A stretch of DNA of 63,670 bases, counting the filler, from Bigelowiella natans CCMP2755 (lineage: Eukaryota > Protista > Cercozoa): assembly GCA_000320545.1 (NCBI GenBank). It is 7 parts of 7 records of this genome, joined end to end, with 100 filler letters (N's around TTAATTAATTAA, not from the genome) between each part and the next. Parts side by side here need not be neighbours in the genome. Positions count along the whole stretch, not along the records: positions 1 to 17,530 come from ADNK01000435.1; positions 17,631 to 36,650 come from ADNK01002113.1; 5 more parts are not named here. One strand, 5' to 3'. Below are positions 13,756-31,426 of the stretch, in pieces. The notes under the pieces were generated by a model. The model saw nothing but the letters and a program-made list of their open reading frames with translations. It was not told where the DNA came from and ran no database searches. The translations under genes were made by a program, and so were the position numbers. The number at the start of each line of letters is the position of its first letter. Within the stretch, counting starts at the first letter, position 1.

Positions 13756-14222
13756 CGTCTGAGCTCTGAAGTATTAGATAAATAATTATGCTAAAAATAT
13801 CTAATAAAAGTCTTCTAAGACTAGTTGACAAGCATCAGGATTTTATATTCGATGAGTTTTTGTTCCTGAATTTCTCTATTCTAATATTCCTAATAGTATC
13901 CTAAAAATATTTACCAAAAGTAGTAGATGCACGATAATATTTAGTCCTGAAAACTACCCATTGCCAGACTCCTTGAAGACAAAGCCCCTCCCTGCATTTT
14001 TTCTATGTCGCAGGGCAAAATTCCACTGGTATACTTGCAATTTCGCAAAAGATTTCTCCAGCTGGCAAAAGAATGTTCTACGAAGCTTCTTTCCTCGCGT
14101 CATCAGAATCCAACTATCGCTCCTCCTGAAGGCTCAATCCAGGTGTTGAGCGCTATGTAACGAAAAGTGTTGTACTACCTCCCAAAATTGACACATGCAC
14201 GTTTCACTGGCTGCAGATAATC

Positions 14223-15305
14223 ATGGTTAAGCTGTTGGCTCTCGCGGTTCTACACAAAAGCAAGCAAGAAAGCAAGGAGCAGCCAGTCTTCATTGCGCTC
14301 GCAGAGGACCTCTCTTCTTTTGGGTAGTGATAGTCCGTTTCTGCCCTTCTTGGGAATACTATTTCATCTCCCTTCGGAAGATTTCTCGCTTATTAGCTTG
14401 GATGATATGTATCTGATCTTGCAGCTGGTTCACGCGTGGGGCCATTCAGGAACACATCCGGTTTGGATTTCGGACAGTTTGCCAGAGGACGGACTTTGGG
14501 TTACGCCAAACCGTAAGAATGGAGAAGTTCGACTACGTTGTCCATGTAATAGTCAAACAACCATCGTTATCATCATCATAATCATCGAATTTCTCGAAAG
14601 CTTGTTTACTTTTTCCTGCCGCAGTCCTCATGATAATACCTTTTCCTCGATTGAACTGGGGCATCATTAATCGTAAACCAAATTCATGTCAGGCGCACGT
14701 CCGAAGTGATGGTCTTTGTGGAATAGCTATCACCGATGAGGAGTATCCCACACAAGCCGTTTTCGGTGGTATTTCTCAAATGCTGAGCGAAATCTTGAAG
14801 GCATCCAAGCAAAGCGTTGATAGAGCAAAGGACGCTAAACATAATGTTTCGGCTTCTATTGAATTACACCCTTCAAAGGACAGCTTCGAAACCCCAACCT
14901 TCCTGAAAAGCATGCTATCAAGATTCCAGGACCCCAAAGAGGTATGACTCAACAAGCAACTAGGCAGTGGCGTAGACGGGAGGAAATAGTGACGTTGTCA
15001 GTTTACGTTCCTCATTCTTCCTCTTCTTTTTCCTTCCCCCTCTTCGTTTTCACCTTGCTGTTGCTACTGGTACATCTGCTCTCCGTGTCGAAAACTTTCA
15101 CCTCATGTAGGCTGACAAGGCGCACAAGATACAGCAAACCATAAAGGACGTTAAAGACGTTCTCCAGAAGAATGTTGTCCAGCTCCTCGAGAGGGGCGAA
15201 ACGCTTGATAAACTGATGGAGGACACGAAGGACCTGTCTTATACTTCCAAGGCTTTCCATGATCGAGCAGCTAGGATGAACTATTGGTGCTGCCGTATAT
15301 ACTGA
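14223..15305 (+). CDS. YKT6: Longin R-SNARE Ykt6
   Basis: MVKLLALAVL...EDLSSFG|WFTRGAIQEHIRFGFRTVCQRT...|AHVRSDGLCGIAITDEEYP...RFQDPKE|ADKAHKIQQTIKDVKDVLQKNVVQLLERGETLDKLM...KAFHDRAARMNYWCCRIY*. Longin domain, R-SNARE motif and terminal CCaaX with no TM helix. Confidence 0.92.
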
Positions 15306-15765
15306 TAATGAGCTTCACGCTAAATGGAGCTTACATCGGAAAGATAATGCTGTCTAATAACTACTCAACCTCTCGAGTTCCAACTTTAAGGAACTAAAAA
15401 TGATTCATCTGGGCACCAGTGTTGTTTAATCTGTTGTATCTAAGCATGCCTACACGTAGATATGCCATGAACCACAACATAGTTGTCATTGCGAATAGCT
15501 TGTATCACGGTTAACTTTAAAACCACACAAGCTGAAAGACTTTCCACAAAGACTCGCAGCAGGACTGCATGCATATCAAAGCTACCTGCGCTCTAACCAC
15601 GCAATTCTGTTATAGTGGTAGCTCATCTAGCACGCTCGCTCATGATCGCACACGTTTAGAGGGACACGCATGCGTGCATGATAATGAGGCAGCGTATCAT
15701 GATTGTAAACACTAGATACGCTGGGTACGGCAAAATTTACGGCTAGTAAAGCTAGCAAGTCCTCT

Positions 15766-16090
15766 TCAGATTGTCCCATAACCCTTATCAAATTCATGTG
15801 GCTGTACAACAACGGTCTCCTTTCGATTGGCGGGCTCTTCGGCCGCATTTCCTCGAGAGGCCTTCTCCTTATTGTCATCACTGCCATCATTATAGTCGTC
15901 GTCTTCGTCATCGTCGCGTCTACGCGCTCCAGTGTTTTCAGCACCGCCTTTCCCCAAGAACCTATCCATTAACTTGGCGATATCCTTCGTATCCCACATC
16001 ATCAACAATTTCAGGATTGATTAGAAGGAGATATGAACACTAACACGCAGCAATAGATGAGTAGCAACTCACTGAAGTTGTGACGCGAAA

Positions 16091-16128
<38 letters not shown>

Positions 16129-16731
16129 CGCCATACACTACACTCTGCCTCCCAGGTGTGGCCTCCCAAGTGTGATTCGTCGGTATTTAGCGTGTCGCTT
16201 ATTGTTGGTCGCTCGCTACTACAACGCAGCTACCACTATGACAACCACACCAACAACTACTGCTGCTGCCACTGCTACTACTGGTACGGTATTGACATAG
16301 GACAGCAACCTCTTCGACGCCTTCGAGCTCGCTTTCGTCCTCGGAGCTCCTCGTCGCTCCGAGCGCTTCGGCTTGCTCCGGGACGAATTGCCGCACGACT
16401 CGACGCGCATTGCGTTCATCGCGCGCACCCTCACCTAGCTCCTCACCGTTGATGAGCCTTTGTAGGGAAAGAAATGCCTCATTTTGTTCTGCCGTTCGCC
16501 CTTTGTCCTTCCGTACTAGGCTGGACTCGTTCTTCATGCGCTCAGTGCGCCACTTCTTGTAATCACGGAGAATCCCCGGGTAGATCCCGCAGATACCGCC
16601 ATCCTCGTTGTACAGACGCTGCAGCTCAACAAACTCGTTTGTGATGCTGTCGGGAAAAACGGAAAGGGAGGGGGGGGATATTGATATAGGAATTATATTC
16701 GATTGCATGAGGGATATGGATGGAAAACATG

Positions 16732-16767
<36 letters not shown>

Positions 16768-16816
16768 ACACGTAAACTGCTAACAGATAATAAAATATTT
16801 TCATCGTATCATCAAT

Positions 16817-16851
<35 letters not shown>

Positions 16852-16960
16852 GGGCATGCCCAATTGCTGGTGATGAGTGTGGTCAGTTTAGTGACGACTT
16901 TGCTGGATCTGGATTCATGTTGAAAGGCATCCCAGGAGCTTCAGCCGTACCTCTGGTGTA

Positions 16961-17016
<56 letters not shown>

Positions 17017-17440
17017 CGAGGGGAAGAAGAACATGAAAGGAGGGAGGGGGGAGAGGAGCCAGGGAGGAATCGAGGGCGAAATAGTATAATAATGGAACCC
17101 GATTGCATGAGACACAGCAATCTCTTCAACGATGACATAATCACGACACAATATGTCTGATTCTTTGTCCTGGCGCTTCTTACTTATTCAGCCAATTTTT
17201 GCCGGGAAACCGCCGGCTCGGGACCAGACTATGCCATTCCCACGGCATCGTGATGTGCTGCGCTTTCAGCGTCTCCTCTGGATACAGTTTGAACCCGCGC
17301 GCGTCGACCTTTTCCTTTGGGAGCTTGGCAGCGAATTTACGTGCGGCCTCTGCCTCCTCCCGAGCTATCTCCTTGGACAGTGGCTCATCCTCTTTCGCCG
17401 CATCCTCGAAGTCGCGCCCAAGAGCCAATTCGTGGAGGTA
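15766..17440 (-). CDS. 3' part of a hypothetical multi-exon protein (5' end lost in the gap)
   Basis: Coding-like exons ALGRDFEDAAKEDEPLSKEIAREEAEAARKFAAKLPKEK..., SITNEFVELQRLYNEDGGICGIYPGILRDYKKWR... and KLMDRFLGKGG...DKGYGTI*. Does not resemble the TBCD C-terminus as far as I can tell. Confidence 0.5.
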
Positions 17441-17497
17441 GGCCTGCGGAGTATGGGGAGGACGGGTGTGTGTGTGTGTGTGTGTCTGTGTGTCTGT

Positions 17498-17530
<33 letters not shown>

Positions 17531-17630
17531 NNNNNNNNNNNNNNNNNNNNNNNNNNNNNNNNNNNNNNNNNNNNTTAATTAATTAANNNNNNNNNNNNNN
17601 NNNNNNNNNNNNNNNNNNNNNNNNNNNNNN
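17531..17630. other. Assembly gap with TTAATTAATTAA linker (same at 36651-36750, 53454-53553, 55292-55391, 60352-60451, 62394-62493)
   Basis: N44-TTAATTAATTAA-N44, identical at six sites. The linker gives stops in all six frames. Confidence 0.97.
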
Positions 17631-22659
<5,029 letters not shown>

Positions 22660-24026
22660 GTTCACAGGCTGTGAAGGCAGGCAGCAGGGGCGCAACCAAA
22701 ATTCGCGGGAAAACCGAAGCTCATAAAAAACGAAAACTCGAGTAAAAAACCAGAAAAAACACCCAATTTTCTCTTAAAAAAGCAAAGCGAACTTCAGAAC
22801 ATCGGAAAATTCGAAAAATCTGGGATTCACCTGCGGGAACCGGTATCTCGGGGGATCCCCCGAGACTAGATTAGTCGACGCAAGAAGCACGTAGTGCACA
22901 TAGATCTACAGAACAAATCCAGCAAATTATTTTAACTAGATCTCGAACAGTTCGCACATGTGGTACCTCGCCGAAAAGGTAGGAGCACGTGTTGCCATTG
23001 TTCAACAGCAACTTAGGTTCTCTTTCGGTGGTTTTGCCCAAAATAGGGATCGAACAGCTTCACCATGATGTCCGTGGCCGCATGACGTACACGTTCTGGT
23101 TCCACGTTGTTGAGAGTCCTTCGACGTTTCTCCTGTGGTTTCCAGCACTATTTCATGTCTCTCAGACCTGGAGCTAGCAGAAGACCTGTGGAAATGGCCT
23201 GCTGAAATCCAACATCATTTGGCCGATGGAGTCCAATGTGCTCATTTCCCATGTTTGGTGGTCATGGCGATCTGAAAAAATAAATCTTCCAAGATCGGCA
23301 AGCAACCAGATGTACATTTATCACAACCACTGTGCCCCACAGAAATGCATACGGGTTCTGCAAAGCTCTGGGTGCTTCTGGATTCTCTGAATCTCAGCAT
23401 ACGCAGAGACAAATCGGAGTGATGTTTGAGACCATTCGCCTAGATTTTGAAGCATGGAGCGATTTCCTAATTTCCGTAATTCCCTCACTAATGTCACGTT
23501 TTTTTCTGAATGCCCTGCAATCTGCGCGAAACTCTTAACATTGTTGGAAAACGATCCATTATTGGAGTAGAAATTTGGAGTTGTGAAATTAGTTCCCCAT
23601 GGAAAAACCTCGCAAGCTGTGTCTCACGAGTCCGCTCATTTTCTCTTAGAAATTGACCAATATGTTTTGAGCATTGAACAAAAAGCAACGGGTCATGAAC
23701 TTCATCTATTTTCCATGGAATTCATGGGTCGCAAGGCCAACAAGCCCACGAACTACAGGACGTCGGAAGATAAAGGTGATCTATCATATCCAGAAAGATG
23801 TGAAACCAGTCACAGCAAAACCCCTCGTGTTTGCATGAATAGACAAGCGAATCGATACAAGTAAGAAAGAAACGTCCTAGGTTCCGATACATCTCTGCAG
23901 ATGCATGCTGACGATCGGTCTGGATATTGCAGTTTGCCTGAGTCTTACCTGCTGTACTCGAGCGTGGGACCCTACTTCTCGTGCCCTTCCCTGCTCATCG
24001 CGCCAAAACCGGAAGGCCACAGAATT

Positions 24027-25207
24027 ATGATAGCACTCCTCCTCCCCTCCCTTTGCCTACTACCCCTTCTCCTGGCTTCTCCCGTTTCAGAACAACGCGC
24101 AAGAACACGTCTTCCGGAGTTTTCCACCTCGGCACTGCCGAGACAGTCTCAGCATCCGAAAAAGCTAGTATTGCCCAGACGACTCGAAAGAAACACGAAG
24201 TTATACGTAACGCAGGAAAGACCGCCTTTAGATTTCACAGATACAGCTACCGCAGGTCGAACTCCTGATGTAAAGAGGGCACCTCTATCACGGATGAAGG
24301 TAATCCATGTCTTAAATCGAACGCCGAGTTCCAACTAACCTAGTCGTTTTCGTAAATCTTAGAGAGGTTACACTCCGAGCGAAGCTGTCCTCGGAATGTA
24401 TAATGCTTTCAACGACCGGAACGCGAAATTAGCTTCATCTTTCCTGACAGAGGATTGCTTGTACGAGGATTTGCTTCTTGGACCAGGTACGAATGTCGAG
24501 AAACGATACTGAAGCTAAGTCGCGCGGACTGAAGTTTCTATACTCTTTAGCGACCATCTGCAGAGGCAAAAAGGCGTTCGAAGAGGCACTGAGGTTGACG
24601 ACACCGTCGTAGACCTTTCGATTGATCCTGAAACGCCTTTCTCCCGTCATCACTGAAGGTATCATCCGGCGTTCGTAATGGGAGAGCTAGACAAGTACCT
24701 GCCTTTCAAAGCACCAGGTAACAGCTTACAGACATGCTCAAATGCCTTCAGATCCCCAAACTTGTGACACTTCTTCTTTGCTGCCAAATCAGATTTTCAC
24801 TTGGTTGTGGACAGTGTAGCTGAAGGGGAAGACTCCGGTAGGGTCGAGCATATGAACAATGCTCATATTCAGCATCAACTTTGTGTTTTCGTGTTCTTGA
24901 CAGTCGGGGTGGAGTGGCATGTGGAAGTGAATAGGAAGCCGTTCCCGATGGGAAGAGGACTAACACAGGTTTTTGAGTGACGTTGGACGGAGGTATTGGT
25001 CTGAACGTAACACCATTTTATGTTGATCTTTAGGCTCGCATATGTTCACGAACAGGGAAGATCTGCCGAGTTGTTGACATCGCTGAGGTACAGCAGCTCA
25101 TTGAAGAGAAAAGGCGGGTGGTTCAAACGCCTAGAGCGGTTACGTAAATAATAATTGTACACAATCACACACCCAAACACACACACACGCGCGCGCACAC
25201 ACACATG

Positions 25208-25248
<41 letters not shown>

Positions 25249-25423
25249 TCAGGCTCCGTGGCGTGTGATTGGACTATTCACCGCACCGCTTGTTCAGTTT
25301 CTTTTTCGTCCATACGTAAATTTCAAAGTGCCTTGGCTGAAGCACAATCATCAGCCTCGGCCACAGCCTAAACCTGTCGTTGTTCCTGTCAACCCTCGAC
25401 TCCCAAAACGGCATAGAGGATAA
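24027..25423 (+). CDS. SnoaL-like/NTF2-fold protein with a bipartite (signal + transit-like) N-terminus
   Basis: MIALLLPSLCLLPLLLA, then an R/S/T-rich leader. Spliced exons read PSEAVLGMYNAFNDRNAKLASSFLTEDCLYEDLLLGP|ATICRGKKAF...|DFHLVVDSVAEGEDS|VGVEWHVEVNRKPFPMGRGLTQ|ARICSRTGKICRVVDIAE|APWR..., similar to plant/cyanobacterial SnoaL-like proteins. Confidence 0.8.
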
Positions 25424-27565
25424 AGTAGTGAATCGTTTTGGGGAGGACGATGACGGAGTCAGCTGCTCGTTATTTGTTCGATAGTCATTATTTTGTCAAT
25501 TAAGGTTGTATATAATCGAGCCCTATCCATTGCTCACGTGTTCCTAGTCACTCGCTACTGAAGGCAGTTTCTACTAACCATTGCCAGCTGTGTCTGCAGC
25601 CACCACAGCGTTTGTGTTTCCACCCGCAAATTTTACCATTGTGGGCAGCGAGTTGGAGGCTTGGAGATTTCAAAAGTGTGTACAGTCCGAGGAATGAACA
25701 AAATTCAGCAGGTAATTTTTTATTGCTCGAAGCAAAAGGCAATTTACGCTCCCCGACAGTTTTTTGTTCGTTCGATTTGGTCGGGAGGTCTCCGTGTGTA
25801 AATTCTAAGTGTAATACCCTTGTCGTATATGCCGCACGTAAAGATAATCTGTCGTCGCGTGGCGTGCGTGTCGATCAGCACACTGCTATATTTTCATCTA
25901 AACTCTTTTTGAAATAGAAATTCCTAGTATTCTAGCTTGATGCTGCATGTTGCGAATGATATGACGGAACGGCATGCACATATACATGCACGAGCTATAT
26001 ACATATGCACATATTACGTATCATAAGAACAGCTATCACATACGCATATGCGCAATATAGACGGCGTCGAGCGTGTCGTGCATACTGGACTCTTATATAT
26101 AAAATACGCACATGGTCGACCTGCTACTGTGTCTAAAGCGTGGATGTGAGATGTATATAAGTGAACGATGTAGGCATGTGTACAGCATGCACGAGTTGAA
26201 TTCTATTTGACTGCATGCAATGTACATGTTAGGGTACCCAGTAACCTTCCTCTATAATTATTATAGCTGGTAATGGCGTGGCGCGTACGCACATGGCCGT
26301 TGTAGACATCTCCCTTCTATCTACAGTCCTTGCAGAGCGGCAACGCCACTACATATTACGTACATAGTACATACCACTGTCCTAAGCGTAATCCTCACCA
26401 CATACAACACACGTGCGCGATGGCATGCATGTGAAAACAATCAAATCAAATAACGGTTCCTGATGATAAATGGAATCTACATGACAATTCAAAAGCTAAC
26501 ATTTTGTTAACTGTACGCCTAGATTCTTGGCTGAATAATACGAACTAGTAAGCTTAAATCTTTACAGATAACGTTTCAAATCTATACAAATAAATTTTAG
26601 ATCCTCGGAGATAAGACATGGGTGAATGTTTCTGGAATATATGATGTATTTTATATGATATATACGTTTGTTAGAGAGAGAGAGAGGATCTTTGTATTAT
26701 ATGATTTTTGAGGATCTTTGTAATATATGATTTTTTTCAAATCTCAAACGCTTAGGGTTCCGAGAAGGGGCGGCGCTCATAACATGATTTTATGTTATTA
26801 TTCTAGATGTGATGTCGTAGCGGATTTTCCCAGGTGGATTCTCCTGTGTTTGCATTGTGCCAATACGCCTGTCCCGTGACTTCGTCCTCATATTCTGTCC
26901 ACCCATTGCTTCTCTCGGCTGCTCTCGTGCTCGTGATCTGGCCTGGAGTCATGCAACCGTTGGTTTTTCCTGTACGATGGGGAGTAAAGTAATGATAAGA
27001 TGAATGAACAAGATGGCACCAGAAAAGATGTGTTGAAACCCCTGAACTTTTGTGTACATGCCCTCATATTTAATCATCGTTTCGCGGCACGACCTTCACG
27101 CGCATTCGGACTTGTCGAACGCGGAGATGCCGAAATGCTTCTCGGGGAGAATTCTTGAGTGTTTCCGAGCATAACGTCATCCGTGACTCCGAGGGTCCCC
27201 ATTCGTCCGATGGGAGGTACACCCACGGCCCCTTCATTGCTAAAAAAGATGCGATATGAAGAGGAGGGGGAGGAAATTAAATGATGCACCAATTGCCTCC
27301 TTCCTACTGTGTATCATGCATGCACGTTGTGAATGGCGCGGAATAGGTTACCTCGATGTTTGTGTTTCTCCTCCTGAGGGGCCACAGGCTTCGTTCATTA
27401 TCTTTACGACTGCCTGCTTGTCGTTGCTAAGCTGTCCTTGAACTGTGACTCTGCCAGCCAGAAACTACAAACGCAAGTATATCAAGCACACGTTATTTTG
27501 TGGATTTTACCACGATGACACACAACTGTATTGCTTACTCACCTCTCTTCTCCCCCCCCCCCCTC

Positions 27566-29247
27566 TTACACTTCTACATAGGTACTAACCTGCTTGCTCG
27601 TCTTAGTTTCAGCTGCGATGTTTCGACGGTAGAGGTTCCATCCACATCCAATAAGAATGATAACGCTTCCGACAGCAGCAATAACGACTATCGCAACTTG
27701 CGAGTAATCCGAATCGTCCACCTTCTCGCTGTCCTCCTTACTTTCATCACCAATGTCGATGAGGGTGGGGGAGGATACGCTCTCTACCGTCAAGTTTAGT
27801 GCTCGGGTAAGATTCTGAACCGGTGTTGTCGCGACCTGGCTAGCTAGTGACTCGCCGCTGTTGTCAACGAAGGTGATCTCTGCGACAATGCTGCCCGGGG
27901 AGAAGACAACTACGAAGCTGCTTTCTTCCACGCCAAGCATGTCTGCGAGCCTTCTCTTGAAGCGCCGGCGGAACTGATTATTGACTGAGTCGAAGCTCCC
28001 CGTAACCCGAACTCGCAGCCGGTACTGTTTCCGCGCGGTTGGCGCCGTGGTGGGTGCTCGAGATGGTCTTGGCGTCGGTGCTGGAGCCGGGGAAGGGCGC
28101 GGAGTCGGCCTAGTGCTGATGCTAGTGGTGGGCCGAGCAGTCGGTTCAGAAGTATCTGAGCCTGGAGACGGGCTCGGCGTTGGTCGCGGAGTTGGGCCAG
28201 GAGACGGCCTTGGCGTTGGTCGCGGAGTTGGGCCTGGAGACGGCCTTGGCGTTGGGAATGGGGTTGGCCTTGGCGTTGGGCGTGGTGTTGGCCCGGGAGA
28301 TGGCATTGGCGTTGGGAATGGGGTTGGGCCGGGAGATGGCCTTCGCGTAGGTGTGGACGTCAAAGGGTCCAGATTGGCTTCCCCCCATGCTGGCGTTGTC
28401 CCCACACAACTCTTGCAGGCGTTTGAGAGCCACCAGTGCGGAGTCTCTGCGGGGGAGCGAGCCTTGTTCGCCTCGAAGCTGCCGCAGTCCAGGCACGCAT
28501 CGTTGAACGACCAGCGCGGCTTCGGCACTGCCGGAGTGCTGATGGGCAGCCAGGAGATGACCCGCGAACGAACGTAGCAGGTTGAGTAGAAGATAGGGTC
28601 TTTGGCGTCATTGGTTGTGAGGAACTCCGGATCCGTGATCGTAGCTGCGCGTGCCTCCACCCCATAGCAAACCATAGGACGCTTGCTCTTTGGAGCGCTG
28701 CTGGCGATCGCCGTGTGTTTGGCCTCTGACCGAGCGACGGAAATCTTCTTAAAGGCGAGGTAGCGGCCCCCGTTCCCGCGCGCTCGTAAGCGGAGAAATC
28801 GCCCCTTCTTACCGGCACAATTAACTAGGATGGGACAGAGCATCTCACCACGGCGACGATTTTTGGATTCACAGTTTTGTGGTCTCGTTACCACCTCGCA
28901 CACGTCCTCATCGGCGCTACGGCATTGATTGTCTGTGCATGCTACGTCGCTGAGCGCGACAACAACCCCCTCGTCCGATCCCTTAAAAGGTCCCCACGCA
29001 ATGGCAGGGCCGGTCGGCGAAAACGTGTTGGCTGGGAGGCCGTTAAGCGACTGCTGGTAGAGGTCGAAGATGGAGAAATATCCAGTATTTTTGTTCGAAA
29101 GTACGTGAAGCCGATTCGGTTTGTAGCACTTCTGCTTCGCAGTGAAGAACCACCAGTGCGTACATCTCGGCTGGAAAGTGGCACCCGAAGTCTGAGGACA
29201 GAAAGGGTAATTACTGATGGGTATGGACGACATACATTCATGTATCG

Positions 29248-29292
<45 letters not shown>

Positions 29293-29510
29293 TCTTTGCG
29301 TGCGCGTCGGTAGGATATTTGAGGGGTGCCCAACCTCGTCAGGAAATTTAGCGGTCGAGTAGCTGTTCGTTCGTGGAAGATCAATAGAGACATAGCCAAC
29401 GCCGGAATTCTGATCGTCAAGCTCCAGCTGCCACCAGGCTGCTTTTGTGTCCATGGCTTTTGGCGCCCACGCCTCGGGGTATGAATCTTGCAGACGATCG
29501 ATCTACACAT

Positions 29511-29566
<56 letters not shown>

Positions 29567-30111
29567 CTGATTATATTTATATTTAGGCATGCGTGTGCGA
29601 AAACTTGCACATCACAAAGCCTTCTTTGGTTTAGCACAGAATTCAGCACTACCTGGATCCAGTGTATGTCAGGACACAGCAGCTCTTCTTCGGAGCCAGT
29701 GGTGTAGCGATCCCGCACGGTCCCGCCCAACGACGTCAAGGTCAAGCGCCCGTCGTTCACCTCCACGGTGATGTACTTCGTCGTGTACATCTCGTCGTTT
29801 TGGTTGCGCAGGAACTTGGCGCTCTCCATCGCGCACCCCACCCCCCGGTAAAGGCCATCGAAGCCCCCGGTGTAGATCGTGACGACGTACACCCCGTTAG
29901 CGACTGCTATTTCCCACTCATTCATGGCGCCGCCCGGGCACTTGGTTCTCCAGGAGCCCTTCGGCGCCTTCCCCGTTAGAACACCGGTGTTAGACGTGTC
30001 GATTGTCGGCCGGTTTGTCTGGATGGCCATATTAATCGCGCATTTCCATCCGTAGCTGAGTCCTGAGTGCATTCGAACAGACACACACTTATTCACTACT
30101 CTGGTGCGCGC

Positions 30112-30152
<41 letters not shown>

Positions 30153-31381
30153 CGAAAGCTTGTACTACCATTGCCACGATCTCCAAACGTCTTTCCGCTG
30201 TCAATATTCCAGCCAGTGCCAAGATTGATGGTGAAGGGGTTGCCATTGTACACAGGATTTTCGGGCTGGAAGCTGATCTTTGTGCGATAATGGTTACTGT
30301 CGGTCCAAGTTGCGGGATTTGTGTACCCGGCGGGGGCGGACACACTAGGAGAGGGAGGATCGTCCGGCTTCTCATACCTGGGCAAGGATAATTGAAAGGG
30401 GGTAGGTAAGATCGCGAGTGACGAGAAGAAAGGGGACAAGTCAAAGGAAACCTCCCCCCCTTCTCACCAACTCATCATTTATCCCCACTTACAGAGTCCA
30501 GCCCGTCGTCGCAATAAGATTGGTGTTGCTCTTTCGGCAGACCCGAACAGTTTTGCCGCTACCCTTGGAAAGGGTACTGATATCGGCCCCATTGTGCTGC
30601 CAGGCAATGGCCCAGCAGTCCCCGTGGATGCACTCATCGAGCGCATCGATGAAGTTAGAGAAGGTCGGGCCTCGATTGCAGCGCGTATCGGCCCTGACGG
30701 CCTTGGCGCTGTTAACAAATCGGGTCCAATTGTACGTAGAGGACGTCTCCGTGCCGGTGTGCTTCATGTAGGGCGACGAGAGGCTAAACGGGAAAATATT
30801 AGGGCGGGGGGGAGCACGAGGAGGAGGTTGAAGAAATCAAGCGAGTTGCAAGTTGCACTACTCTCATTGAGGGGCAGGGGGGGGGGGGGGAGAGAGGAGA
30901 GAGAAAGGAGAGAGAGGAAGAATACGTTTGCAGCATCATTACCCAACGCCGATATAGTCCCTCGGCCATCGAAGACCGGTGACGTCAGGCTCGGTGACGG
31001 GGGAGAACGGGATGGCCCTAACATCACTCACGCTTGCAAGGGATGCGGGGGCAGGAAAGTGCGCAAGTGGCACGACGTTTAGCCCGAGGTTCCCAAGAGC
31101 CTCTCCCCTGCCTGCAATCTCGAGCTGATTGAGGCAAGTGCTCACGTTGTCAGTAGCAGGGTAGATACCTGCATGATATTTGATATTGTATTCACCGCTG
31201 CAAGTTGGCCTTAGAACCCCCCCCCCCCCTGAATCTCCTACATCCCTCTCCCTAAGGCTGATGTTCCTGCTGCGTGTTCCTCACCGGTGGCGATGCCGGC
31301 TGGCTGCACAAACTGACAGTGGTCGATTCTGTTGATTTCGTACGTTCCTGTGTCGTTGCCGTAGATAAGTTCCTGCGGTAC

Positions 31382-31426
<45 letters not shown>

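Noticed and set aside
15766-17440. Treating these exons as the TBCD C-terminus
   Set aside because: Separated by a gap of unknown size, and no TBCD C-terminal motifs recognised.
17575-17586. TTAATTAATTAA repeated six times as a possible biological motif
   Set aside because: Always centred in a 100-nt N block, so it is an artificial gap linker.
26684-26737. ~26-bp tandem duplication GAGGATCTTTGTA(T/A)TATATGATTTTT
   Set aside because: Simple local duplication with no associated element or terminal repeats.
28140-28345. Regular 24-36-nt repeats as a CRISPR array
   Set aside because: No unique spacers, in-frame coding repeat, eukaryotic context and no cas genes.
27981-28577. 198-aa Gly/Val repeat ORF on the + strand
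   Set aside because: Antisense shadow of the Pro/Thr stalk repeat of the minus-strand gene.
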